A stretch of DNA of 64,000 nt. Origin: a virus. Each line of letters starts with the position of its first letter. The stretch's first letter is position 1. Of the stretch, positions 49,073-58,797 are shown piece after piece. The translations under genes were made by a program, and so were the position numbers. A model generated the notes under the pieces. That model was not told the origin of the DNA. It was given only the letters and a program-made list of their open reading frames with translations, and did not search any database. Location: IMG/VR virus record IMGVR_UViG_3300021139_001840, positions 1 to 64,000 of that record, one strand, 5' to 3'.

Positions 49073-50815
49073 ATGAACATTCAAGAACTTAAATCTTATA
49101 ATCTAGCCGATGCAGTAAAGTTTCATGACCATCTTAATCCTTTATTGTGGGATAGGCAAGAACATTTACACCCCGAAATAAAGGATCAATTATTAGCCAT
49201 TGCCGCTGATTTTAGCGAATTTTTGGGAGTTAAAGATTTAGAACTTAAAGACATAACAATATCTGGTAGCAATGCCGCTTATTCTTATACGCCACACTCA
49301 GACATAGATTTACACTTAATTGTTGATTTATCCAATGAAGCTAATAACGAAGTTTATCGCGAGTTATTTGATGCTAAGAAATTTATATATAATAGCGAAA
49401 ATAAAATTACCATAAAAGGTATTCCAGTTGAGTTATATGTACAAGATGCTGGACAGGCGCATCATAGTCAAGGAATTTATAGTATTTTAAATAATAATTG
49501 GATACAAGTACCTCGTAGAAAACATGCTGACATAGATGACATGAGTGTTCGTAGCAAATATCGAGATTTAAGCAAACGTATTCGAGAAGCTATCAAAACT
49601 AATTCTACAGAAAAAATGTCCGAGGTTATGGATAAAATAAGAGCTTTGCGTCAAACTGGTCTTGCTGAACATGGAGAATTTGGTGCTGAAAATTTAGCAT
49701 TCAAACTGCTCCGCAATAAAGGTGATTTAGAAAAATTATCCAAAGCTCGTAAAGCAGCAAAAAGTCAAGAATTAAGTTTAAAAGAACGCGAACGTACGCC
49801 TACCCCAGTTGTATATGGATATAAATCTGATCGAGATTACATTGATGAAGTAGGTATTACTCCTGATGGTACTGATCCTAGCACTTGTGAATTTACCAAT
49901 GAAGGACAATTAAACGAAGTAGGTATTACGCCTGATGGTACTGATCCTAGCACTTGTGAATTTACCAATGAAAATGATAATAATCAATCAGAAACAAATA
50001 TCATTGATGACTTTGTAAAATTTTGTATTGACAAATTAAAATTAGATAATCCTCCTAAATTAAGATTACGCCGAGATCCAACATGGTCACAACGCAATAA
50101 AACATTTGGAAGATTTAATCCTCAAACAGGTGAGTTAGAGGTGGCGGTAGGATCTAGACATATTATGGATACTCTTCGTACCCTGGCACACGAACTTACA
50201 CACCAACACCAGCACGAAACTATCGATATGCCAGATACAGCAGGAGAAACTGGAAGCGAGTTTGAAAATGAAGCTAATGCTCGCGCTGGCATAATTATGC
50301 GCGACTATGGTAGTATGCATCCTGAATTGTTTACTGACAATATTATTGACGAAGGATACGGAGCCATTACACCTGCTGGCGAAAAAATTGTTAAATGGCA
50401 ACAAGATAAACTTGCTGGAAAAGAATTTGCCATTCAAGGTTATAGAATTAAATTTACTGATAAAGGTCTTTTGATTTTTAAAGGTGCTGATTTAATTTTT
50501 AAAAAACCCGGAGATTATTCCAATCCTACTAATTTGGATATGACCAAGGCTAGGCGATATATTACTAATTTGTCTAGAAATTGGAAACCAGATCCTATAG
50601 TAAATGAAGCTACTGGCTATATCCCCACTGCCGCAGAAGCACATGATCCACGTTTTGAAATGGCACTTACTGTAGATATACGCCCAGGTGCGCTTGGCAA
50701 AAATGCCAATAAGTTATTATTAGATACTGATAGCCAAGGTCGTCCACAAGAACTACGTCCAGATGGCATAGTACATCGTATGATGGAAGAATTAGAATTG
50801 TTTAAAAGGAATTAA
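49073..50815 (+). CDS. Multidomain protein: Pol-beta-type nucleotidyltransferase, HExxH metallopeptidase-like domain and small modules
   Basis: SGSNAAYSYTPHSDIDLH...VELYVQ; LAHELTH...ENEANA. Confidence 0.8.
   Translation: MNIQELKSYNLADAVKFHDHLNPLLWDRQEHLHPEIKDQLLAIAADFSEFLGVKDLELKDITISGSNAAYSYTPHSDIDLHLIVDLSNEANNEVYRELFDAKKFIYNSENKITIKGIPVELYVQDAGQAHHSQGIYSILNNNWIQVPRRKHADIDDMSVRSKYRDLSKRIREAIKTNSTEKMSEVMDKIRALRQTGLAEHGEFGAENLAFKLLRNKGDLEKLSKARKAAKSQELSLKERERTPTPVVYGYKSDRDYIDEVGITPDGTDPSTCEFTNEGQLNEVGITPDGTDPSTCEFTNENDNNQSETNIIDDFVKFCIDKLKLDNPPKLRLRRDPTWSQRNKTFGRFNPQTGELEVAVGSRHIMDTLRTLAHELTHQHQHETIDMPDTAGETGSEFENEANARAGIIMRDYGSMHPELFTDNIIDEGYGAITPAGEKIVKWQQDKLAGKEFAIQGYRIKFTDKGLLIFKGADLIFKKPGDYSNPTNLDMTKARRYITNLSRNWKPDPIVNEATGYIPTAAEAHDPRFEMALTVDIRPGALGKNANKLLLDTDSQGRPQELRPDGIVHRMMEELELFKRN
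49847..49972 (+). repeat. 57-bp direct repeat x2 (69-bp period)
   Basis: EVGITPDGTDPSTCEFTNE twice, one synonymous mismatch. Confidence 0.95.
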
Positions 50816-50817
50816 CA

Positions 50818-52158
50818 ATGAAAGCTCGTGAATTTATTATCGAATCTGCACAGACAACACTAGGTGGATTTAAAGTCACTCCGTTACATATTGAAGATCA
50901 AGGTGTTGAAGAATCTGACATTAGTGGGTTATTAGCAGCCGGCCAATTTAATAAACAATTTAGAATTACAGCAAATATATACGGTGTCATAAAACACTTT
51001 AAGGTCAAAGCTCAGAGCGCACGAATCGCACAACATAAAGTTGAGATTCACCACCCCGGGGCTAAAATTTTAAATGTAGAAGAAATTACAAATGAAGCTA
51101 TTGGGTTAAATGCTCCACATCGCCGAATGAGTCGCGATGAGTTACAAGGTTATACCGATCGTATTAAAACTGGTACTAAGACAAAGAAAGATAGATTTGC
51201 TCCAATCATACACGGTAGCAATATCAAAGCAATTACTAAAGATGACGAAGGTACCGAATGGGATTTAGATGATTTAGCCCGACAAATCACTACCCGCCCT
51301 CGTTCATTATTAGGCACTAATGCTAAAATGAGTAAGAGTGCTACAGAAGGCGAAATTGTTTATGACTTAACATTGCCAGCATTAAGCGGTGTTGTTGTGG
51401 ACGAGGAAACAGGCGATTTTGTAGAAATTACTACTTGCCCTGGTGCTGGTGGTTGTCAATTATTTTGTTACGCTCGTAAAGGTGGATATGTAATGTTCCC
51501 TGCTAGTAGTATGTCAGCTGCACAAGCATTAAACTTTTTAGTCAATGACCCTGCTGGATATATGGCCATGGTTAACAAAGAAATACAAGGTCTTAAAGGC
51601 AAAGCAGACAAGCATGGTATTAGATTAGTTGTACGCTGGCATGATGCTGGAGATTTCTTTAGTAAAGAATATTTAGATCTAGCATTTAACGTTGCTCGTA
51701 CTAATCCAGATGTAAAATTTTATGCTTATACAAAAATAGCCGCGGCTGCGACTGCCAACAAACCAGATAATTTTATTGTTAACTTTAGTTCGGGAAGTAA
51801 ACGCGGTGAAGAAAAGCAAATTGAACTACACAAAGCTCAAGGAAACGCAGTGAAAGATGCTGTAACATTACCCAAAGACTTGTTCCGCACATTGTTTGTT
51901 ACGGATGCTAAAGGCAAATATGTTAAAGATACCAAAGGTCGTACACAAGTTAAAAGTCCTGAAGCATGGGAAGAATTTAAAAAAATGCTGGCCACTAGGT
52001 ATAAAATTGATCCAGCATCAATTATCACATACGATCAAATGTTAACAATTCCTGAAGGCCCTCAACCTAAGTGGAATGTGGTTATATTTCCAGCAGGACA
52101 CGGAGACCGTGCTGCCAACAGATTGGATGTAATTAACAGTTTTTTAATGTTCCACTAA
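50818..52158 (+). CDS. Gp88-like (radical-SAM-like Cys motif) protein with N-terminal modules
   Basis: TCPGAGGCQLFCYA, VRWHDAGDFFS, FYAYTK. Confidence 0.7.
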   Translation: MKAREFIIESAQTTLGGFKVTPLHIEDQGVEESDISGLLAAGQFNKQFRITANIYGVIKHFKVKAQSARIAQHKVEIHHPGAKILNVEEITNEAIGLNAPHRRMSRDELQGYTDRIKTGTKTKKDRFAPIIHGSNIKAITKDDEGTEWDLDDLARQITTRPRSLLGTNAKMSKSATEGEIVYDLTLPALSGVVVDEETGDFVEITTCPGAGGCQLFCYARKGGYVMFPASSMSAAQALNFLVNDPAGYMAMVNKEIQGLKGKADKHGIRLVVRWHDAGDFFSKEYLDLAFNVARTNPDVKFYAYTKIAAAATANKPDNFIVNFSSGSKRGEEKQIELHKAQGNAVKDAVTLPKDLFRTLFVTDAKGKYVKDTKGRTQVKSPEAWEEFKKMLATRYKIDPASIITYDQMLTIPEGPQPKWNVVIFPAGHGDRAANRLDVINSFLMFH

Positions 52159-52159
52159 A

Positions 52160-53035
52160 ATGATTTTAAACGATTTTATCCAACCTAAACTAAAGTTTAG
52201 TCGTGAAAAACTAGACGCAGTTCTTGTTGAGCTTTGCGATATGGTTATCGAAGGTCAACAAGATAATCCAGACTTTTATGGTATGGTAGCTGCCGCGGTA
52301 TTAGATCCTCGAGGTAGATTAGTCACTGGTGTAAATTATCTATATGGAAATTCAAGAATCCATGCTGAACGAGCAGCCATAGACAAGTATGAAGAAGAGT
52401 ATGGAGAATTGCCAAAAGGCAGTATTGTAATTACTACACTGAGCCCATGCTGTGAAGATACTGGCGATAATCGCTATGGTGTTAGCTGTACAGATTTATT
52501 AAATGAAAAACATGTCAAATTAGCCTATTGTGGGTATCAAGATCCCACACAGGACAGTAAAAATAGTTTTATAGTTATTGTCACTGAAAATGAAAAATTA
52601 AAATCACTCTGTAAAAAATTTGCTGATACATTTTTGGACAAAGGCATTACTGAAAGTGCTGAATCAAGTCGTGCCCAACAGTTTATTGACAGCGTATATA
52701 GTCAGTATCCAGATTGGCCTTATGGCCAAGCAGATAAAGTTATGGTATGGGGTGAGGGCGAAGATCAACAATTTGCCGCGTTCAAACTTAAACCTGGAAC
52801 GGCACCTGACACAGTAGAAATAGATTGGATTATGGCTGGCCCCGAACAGCGCAAAGGCGTTGGTAGTCGCGCTATTAAAGAATTACAGCGACAAGCAAAA
52901 GAGGCCGGTATCAAATTAACATTATACCCTTGGGCTAAAGGCAATGTAAGTCAAGCATCACTGACTAGGTTATACAAACGTCATGGATTTAAACCTGTCG
53001 CAAAAGGTGCTAAGCCAATGCGCTGGAACTGCTAA
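52160..53035 (+). CDS. Zn-dependent deaminase (CDA/RibD-like) fused to GNAT acetyltransferase
   Basis: HAE...TLSPC...C; QRKGVGS...LYKRHGF. Confidence 0.8.
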   Translation: MILNDFIQPKLKFSREKLDAVLVELCDMVIEGQQDNPDFYGMVAAAVLDPRGRLVTGVNYLYGNSRIHAERAAIDKYEEEYGELPKGSIVITTLSPCCEDTGDNRYGVSCTDLLNEKHVKLAYCGYQDPTQDSKNSFIVIVTENEKLKSLCKKFADTFLDKGITESAESSRAQQFIDSVYSQYPDWPYGQADKVMVWGEGEDQQFAAFKLKPGTAPDTVEIDWIMAGPEQRKGVGSRAIKELQRQAKEAGIKLTLYPWAKGNVSQASLTRLYKRHGFKPVAKGAKPMRWNC

Positions 53036-53638
53036 ATGAGATTTTTTGAAATAGCCCGCATACCAAAAAGCCAATTAGATGGGTGGGGCGATGCAGATAC
53101 CATAACCCCACAGCAAGAACCTGTAGGTTCAAAACCCTTGCCAGGTGGTAGTGGATACAAATATCACGTAAATCGCAAAGGCAACGATAATATAGAAATT
53201 ACTTTGTATGACAAAGGAGAAATTATTGCCGAATTAGATTTAGAAGAATTAGGAGCTCCCATTCCACTTTGGCGAGTTGAAACTGTTGTTGCTACTCCCG
53301 AATATCAAGGTCGAGGCTTAGGTATGGCATTATATGGTATAGCATTAAGTATATTAAAATTAACTCTAGTAGCAGGCGAAACACAAACTCAACACGGTGC
53401 TCGCCAATGGCTTAAACTAAGTCAGATACCCGGTGTAGAAGTTATGGGTATGAAAACTGCTCCTAAAAAAGATTATAACCCTGGACCAGATAATCAAGTA
53501 TTATGGTCGGGACCTGAATACCATACATATACTTTCCCTGTAGCACAAGGATCTAAATCAATGAAAAGTGCCCAGCGCGGTAATGGAATATATAATTCAG
53601 CTGGCGCATCTATGATTGCCAAATGGACTGGCAAATAA
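53036..53638 (+). CDS. GNAT acetyltransferase
   Basis: PEYQGRGLGMALY...QTQHGARQW. Confidence 0.8.
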   Translation: MRFFEIARIPKSQLDGWGDADTITPQQEPVGSKPLPGGSGYKYHVNRKGNDNIEITLYDKGEIIAELDLEELGAPIPLWRVETVVATPEYQGRGLGMALYGIALSILKLTLVAGETQTQHGARQWLKLSQIPGVEVMGMKTAPKKDYNPGPDNQVLWSGPEYHTYTFPVAQGSKSMKSAQRGNGIYNSAGASMIAKWTGK

Positions 53639-53667
53639 TACTAAAAATATAATACGCTAAATACAGT

Positions 53668-53955
53668 ATGACAAAACAATTTGTTCGCATACTGAGTAAT
53701 ATTGACTGTGATTGGGAAGGTTTATCTCCCACATACAGACTATATGTTAACGATGAGTTATTTTCTGAACGTACTTGGCGCTGGACCGATAAAGTTTTAC
53801 AGGAAAATTTACAAGTTGAGGCAGAACCTGGAATTTATGAATTAAAATATGAGCTGGTACCTCCTCATTTAGCCACTTTTAAAGTGGGCAGTTTATCTGT
53901 AGCTTATGGGCCAGCTGAGATCGTCGACAACACACATTTTAGGATTACAGCATGA
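53668..53955 (+). CDS. Hypothetical late protein
   Basis: TAAATA 4 nt before ATG; YRLYVNDELFSERTW. Confidence 0.7.
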   Translation: MTKQFVRILSNIDCDWEGLSPTYRLYVNDELFSERTWRWTDKVLQENLQVEAEPGIYELKYELVPPHLATFKVGSLSVAYGPAEIVDNTHFRITA

Positions 53956-54158
53956 GATTACATGAATTTGTTAATTTGCAAGAAGAGGCATCAGTTGGGG
54001 CAACTGCTAGCGGCAGTGTTGCCACTGTAGCAATGCCGCTAGGCGCTGTACAAAGAAGAATACCAGCAGATTCATTTTTTATCGGAGTTGAAACTATAGA
54101 TTCTACTCCTAATACTCCTAAAGAGTATAAAACATATAAGGAAAAATCTAAAGTTTAA
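53952..54158 (+). CDS. Small protein with capsid-targeting-like N-terminus
   Basis: MRLHEFVNLQEE-ASVGATASGSVA. Confidence 0.65.
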   Translation: MRLHEFVNLQEEASVGATASGSVATVAMPLGAVQRRIPADSFFIGVETIDSTPNTPKEYKTYKEKSKV

Positions 54159-54534
54159 CCAATTTATTTCTTGATTTATTTCTTTGTATTGAACCAACAC
54201 CACGATAATACCCCTCAGGGCATCTATCTGATTTAACACTATCTCTTCCTTTAACGCCGCCCGGCCCTCCCCCTGTTTCAGGTATACGATTTGCCCAATT
54301 ATTGCTTTCGGCAACATTCCATAATTTGCTGTAGTATCTTCCAGCAGATTTCATTTCTTCTTTATTATCAGTTTCTAATAAAATTTCGGTATCGACGTCA
54401 TAACCATAATCTTGTATATGCAAAGTCCAATCAACACCCGAACCTTCATATTTAAATGGATTTTTAGATGGTTGACCTAAATATTGTAACCCTGTTATTC
54501 TGCGAGTCTTTTTGTAGAGATAGTAAATACTCAT
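54148..54534 (-). mobile_element. Short, possibly degenerate GIY-YIG endonuclease
   Basis: LYKKTRRITGLQYLGQ...YEGSG..W..H...WAN; clearly related to the 22764 protein but without the NUMOD3-like region. Confidence 0.8.
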
Positions 54535-54601
54535 GCTGATTGCTCCTTTAAAGCATTAGGGTAGTTGGGGATTACAGTCCCGCGAACTACACTTCTATTT
54601 A
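54535..54601 (-). ncRNA. Structured 5' leader, copy 2
   Basis: TAAATA, then GUAGUU-CGC-GGGA-CUGUAA-UCCC-C-AACUAC, then CUAAUGCUUUAAAGGAGCAAUCAGC. Confidence 0.75.
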
Positions 54602-54643
54602 GTTAATTTAACTAAATAATAGATAATATATAAAGGATTTATA

Positions 54644-55084
54644 ATGCTTGCTGAATTATTAAAAGTGCTACTTGCTTCTACATTTACTTATTACCTTAAA
54701 GCACACTTTTTTCATTGGTCAGTAGAAGGCAAAGACTTCTATCAATATCACAAATTCCTACAAAAAATCTACGAAGATGCTTACGGGGCTGTAGATACTA
54801 TTGCGGAATTTATTCGCACACTAGACGAATATGCCCCGGGAAGCCTAACTCGTTATCAAGAACTATCACGTATTCAAGATCAAACTAAAGTGCCAAGAGC
54901 ACAACTAATGATAGAAGAGTTATTGCATGACTCACATATTATGATTGAACTTCTCAATGAATGTTTTGCTGCTGCCACAGCAGAAAATAAACAAGACATC
55001 GCAAATTTTATTGCTGAAAGATTAACTGCTACTAATAAGTATATCTGGATGCTATCAAGTTTTTTAAAAGAATCTAGAGAGTGA
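54644..55084 (+). CDS. dps: Dps family ferritin-like protein
   Basis: KAHFFHWSVEG.DFYQYH...D.IAE.IR.L...K..WML. Confidence 0.92.
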   Translation: MLAELLKVLLASTFTYYLKAHFFHWSVEGKDFYQYHKFLQKIYEDAYGAVDTIAEFIRTLDEYAPGSLTRYQELSRIQDQTKVPRAQLMIEELLHDSHIMIELLNECFAAATAENKQDIANFIAERLTATNKYIWMLSSFLKESRE

Positions 55085-55085
55085 T

Positions 55086-56315
55086 ATGGATAATGAATTT
55101 TACAGCATAGTAGAAAAATTAGCTATTCTTGAAGGACGTATTGCTCCCAAGGATAAAGAAACATTGTCTGCGGCAAAACAAAAGAAGCCAGCACTTTTTA
55201 ATAATTTAAAAAAAGCTGATGAAAATGTTATACCTGATGTTGGCGGCGTTCCTGTTGCTGAAGCTAATATGGAAGAAGATGTAGTATCCAAAGTAAAAGC
55301 ATCACTAGCTGATTATTTAAAATCTGCCGAAGAAGAATTAAAACAAGATTCAGATTTAATCAAAAAGAAAAAACAAGATTTAGATCTAAAGAAAAAAGAA
55401 TTAAAGGATTTAGACTTACAACAAAAAGCTCATCAAGAAGTTGACGAAGCTGATGAAGACGATGAAGACGATGAAGAAGGTGATGACGATTTATTCTATG
55501 TTGTTTTACATGACCGCGATGATGACTCAACATTTGTTGGCGAAATTTATAAGCAAGATGGCCGTTGGCGCGAAGGCAATGTCAGTGGAAATCCTCCATA
55601 TAATTGGGGTGGATCACACACTTATATGAGTTATTTGACACCTCAAGATATCTGGCAACATATTCAAAATGATTTCCGTCGCGGGTTTGATATTGCTGGC
55701 CCATTTAGCGACCAGCAAAAAGCATTAGACTACGCAGAATATGAATTTGGAACTGAAGAATTAGACGAAGACCACAGAAAACTTGAAGTAGGCGACCGCG
55801 TTATGGTTATGGGACCAAATCATTATCAAGGTGAATTTGCTAAGGTTGAAGAATTTAGTCCGTCAGGTAAATTTGTTGTAGTAAAATTTGACAATGGCGA
55901 TGAAGCAAGTATGCATTTATCAGATGTTGAATTTCACAATGATCAAGAAGATGTCGAAGATTGGGAAGAAGAATTGGATGAAAACCCAACAGAAGCTCCT
56001 CCGCAATCAGCTTCAGGTGGTGGAGGGAATCCCACATACGCAGAAAGTACTACAGCGCCAGTAAAAACAGTTCATGTACCAGTGGAATGTGGCGATACTG
56101 CTATTGGCGGAGCAGGTGGAGCAGGCGGTGGCACACTATTAGTTGAACTACATGGTGATGAACGTGATGGATTTTGTATTAAACGTGCTGGACGAGAATT
56201 ACCAACAAGATTTAAAACATTAGCAGAAGCTGAATTAGCATTAGAAATGTATGTAGCGCATCGTAAGACCAAACACGATGCTGAACAATCTACTGATTAT
56301 CTTGAAGAAAAATAA
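55086..56315 (+). CDS. Acidic modular protein with KOW/SH3-like module; possible internal head protein
   Basis: Very D/E-rich; LEVGDRVMVMGP module bounded by EELDE sites. Confidence 0.7.
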   Translation: MDNEFYSIVEKLAILEGRIAPKDKETLSAAKQKKPALFNNLKKADENVIPDVGGVPVAEANMEEDVVSKVKASLADYLKSAEEELKQDSDLIKKKKQDLDLKKKELKDLDLQQKAHQEVDEADEDDEDDEEGDDDLFYVVLHDRDDDSTFVGEIYKQDGRWREGNVSGNPPYNWGGSHTYMSYLTPQDIWQHIQNDFRRGFDIAGPFSDQQKALDYAEYEFGTEELDEDHRKLEVGDRVMVMGPNHYQGEFAKVEEFSPSGKFVVVKFDNGDEASMHLSDVEFHNDQEDVEDWEEELDENPTEAPPQSASGGGGNPTYAESTTAPVKTVHVPVECGDTAIGGAGGAGGGTLLVELHGDERDGFCIKRAGRELPTRFKTLAEAELALEMYVAHRKTKHDAEQSTDYLEEK

Positions 56316-56317
56316 AC

Positions 56318-58231
56318 ATGAATATATTTGATTTGTTCGAAGGCGACTCTGCTCGCGATAAATGGAATAAAGAATCCGCCAAACGTGATGCGGCCGCTAA
56401 AAAGCGTGAAGAAGAAATGACAGCACGACATAATCGAGGCAAAGAAGATATGTCAGGCGCAATTGATCGTTTAGAAAAACATTTAAATACTCCTGTTAAA
56501 GAACATGATATGTCGGAAGGCTGGAGTGACGCGATTGTTAGTCAAAGAACCGGCCGACCACGCACACCCTACTCAGTGTATATCAAAGGTAAGAAGTGGC
56601 GAGATTTTGAAAACGAAGATCATGCAGAAGCTGTAGCAAATAAATTACGAGCCAAATTCAAAGCTGACGGTCGTGACGCCAGTGTTATTACTATTGCCCC
56701 TACTGACTATGATAAAGATATAGTAAAAAAAGAAGCAGCAGTAAACGACGTAAACTTTGGTCATACAGTAACTAAAGGTGCTTGGATTGTACACCAGGAT
56801 GGCAAGAAACCAATTAGATTTAAGACACACATCGGCGCTAAAAAATATGCTGAAAAAAACGGCGGCAAAGTTTACTCAAGTGAGTTCTACGCAGACAAGA
56901 TTCAATCACAGGTTGATGAGCATGGTGGTGGTGTAAACGCTATGAATAAATATATTTCATGGCGCAATAGTGCTAACAAAGAACGTGGAATCACAAAATA
57001 CCAACCTGTAGGCAAACCTGCCGAAAGTTTACGAGAGTTTGCCCTAGGTGATGAAGGTGAGGAAGATACTTTACTCAAGTTTGCTCGCTTATGGTGGAAT
57101 GGTGACGAAGCTACACAAAATAAAGTTGAAGAAGTATTAGCCAAGATGGGTTGGACTATTGGTGAAAATGAATCTGGCGATGAAAACGATGCTTGTTTTG
57201 TTGTTCGCAATGGTGACATGAACGGCGATAGTTATATTGCGTTTGGCAAAGAAGATTTAAATGAAGGTTCAATGTCCACTGCCGCACATCATCATGCTGG
57301 TCCAGAATTTCCAGGATATTGGAAAGGAACTGACTCTGCTAGTTTATCACGTAGACGTATGGTGGGTGATGATATAGAAGAAGGTATTGAAGGTAACATG
57401 ACCGTTAAGTCCTCACCACTATCAGAGCCATTACGTAAACGTAATTTTGTTGCTAAAAATTCTCCCATTACCGGTGCTGGAAAACACACCAATCAGTTAA
57501 AAAAAGCCATGGCAGCAGGCCGCAATGCCAAGCATAAAGCACAAACTATTCCATTCGATGAAAGTATGAATTTTATGGAGTGGGCAGTAAACAATGACTA
57601 TAATTTTGCAAAAAATCCCGCTGTTTACAAAGAAGCCAAAGAAGCATTTAAAAAAAAAATAAACGAAATATCTAAAGATAAAATTGAAAAGTACTACACT
57701 GATGTTATTAAAAAACAAGCTGACAACATTGGTATCCAGCCTAATATGTATAGCAAGCTAGAACCAAAACATCAACGTGGTATTGATAGAGCAAATAATC
57801 GTTTATACAAAAATAATGAAGAGCGCGGACCAATAGCGCCGCACGAAACATATTATGGCGCAATGGATGAAGCCAAAGGTTTAGGTACACAAGTTAAAAT
57901 CATCAAAGGCAGTGATGCGGGCAAAATTGGATGGATTAGAGAAATTAAACTTGGTTCTTTTAAAGGAGCTCCAAAAACTTATTATATTGATCTCGAAGAT
58001 GGTGGGCAAGCAAATAATTTACCTGGCACTGCATTACGCATAATTAAAAACAAAGTAGATGAAAGTTTACAGCCAGGCGAATACTATGTTTGGACCGTAT
58101 ACTTTGATAATGGCGGTAAACAAAATATTAAAGTAACCTCAGATAATTTTGATCCAACAGCATATTATGCCAATCAAAACAAAGCGGTAGTAAATGTAGA
58201 TTATAATTGGGAGAAACATAATGAAATTTAA
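56318..58231 (+). CDS. Modular string of small domains; possible internal head polyprotein
   Basis: MNIFDLFE start; about ten segments separated by hydrophobic-x-E. Confidence 0.7.
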   Translation: MNIFDLFEGDSARDKWNKESAKRDAAAKKREEEMTARHNRGKEDMSGAIDRLEKHLNTPVKEHDMSEGWSDAIVSQRTGRPRTPYSVYIKGKKWRDFENEDHAEAVANKLRAKFKADGRDASVITIAPTDYDKDIVKKEAAVNDVNFGHTVTKGAWIVHQDGKKPIRFKTHIGAKKYAEKNGGKVYSSEFYADKIQSQVDEHGGGVNAMNKYISWRNSANKERGITKYQPVGKPAESLREFALGDEGEEDTLLKFARLWWNGDEATQNKVEEVLAKMGWTIGENESGDENDACFVVRNGDMNGDSYIAFGKEDLNEGSMSTAAHHHAGPEFPGYWKGTDSASLSRRRMVGDDIEEGIEGNMTVKSSPLSEPLRKRNFVAKNSPITGAGKHTNQLKKAMAAGRNAKHKAQTIPFDESMNFMEWAVNNDYNFAKNPAVYKEAKEAFKKKINEISKDKIEKYYTDVIKKQADNIGIQPNMYSKLEPKHQRGIDRANNRLYKNNEERGPIAPHETYYGAMDEAKGLGTQVKIIKGSDAGKIGWIREIKLGSFKGAPKTYYIDLEDGGQANNLPGTALRIIKNKVDESLQPGEYYVWTVYFDNGGKQNIKVTSDNFDPTAYYANQNKAVVNVDYNWEKHNEI

Positions 58232-58796
58232 AAATATTGTAGCAATGACGCTAGTAGTATTTGCAGGCGCAGTTTCAGCCGAGCCATTACACATTTGCAA
58301 AAACATTGACTATGCACTTTGTGCTGCTAGTCCAACAACACCAACAGGTAAAACTATGAAGGTTGATGGCAAAACATTCAAAGAAGGTATGGCAGTTTGT
58401 CCCATACTTCACGGCGATGCTGTAGCCAATTTGAGTTTAATGAATGGATCGTGTGATGTTCCTGGACCAGGTAAAATTTGGAGTTTGTTTGGAGTTCCGG
58501 CTCAAACAAACTATCCGCAACAACCAACATGGGCAGTAGCCCCAGCCGCATTTAGAAGTTTTACAATTGGCACAACATCAACAACCGGTATGAGCAATAT
58601 GTGGAGTTTTCCATGCGATATACAAGCACAAAAAGTCAATGGCGTAAAATTGGCATCTTGCTACGGTCCTATCATGGAAAGTCCTTGGACAAATGACCAT
58701 GTCAAACCAGGCCAAATTGGATTTACGCAAGCCGCCGAAGGTGTAACATATCCTGTTGGTGGTAATGCTCCTGCTAATATCGTAATTAAAAAGTAA
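58221..58796 (+). CDS. Secreted Cys-containing protein
   Basis: Signal peptide (..AVSA-EP); six Cys. Confidence 0.75.
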   Translation: MKFKNIVAMTLVVFAGAVSAEPLHICKNIDYALCAASPTTPTGKTMKVDGKTFKEGMAVCPILHGDAVANLSLMNGSCDVPGPGKIWSLFGVPAQTNYPQQPTWAVAPAAFRSFTIGTTSTTGMSNMWSFPCDIQAQKVNGVKLASCYGPIMESPWTNDHVKPGQIGFTQAAEGVTYPVGGNAPANIVIKK

Positions 58797-58797
58797 T

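Noticed and set aside
54072-54317. Frameshift continuation of the short GIY-YIG gene
   Set aside because: Alternative frame shows no NUMOD-like sequence, and the main frame ends in a plausible CPEGYYRG tail.
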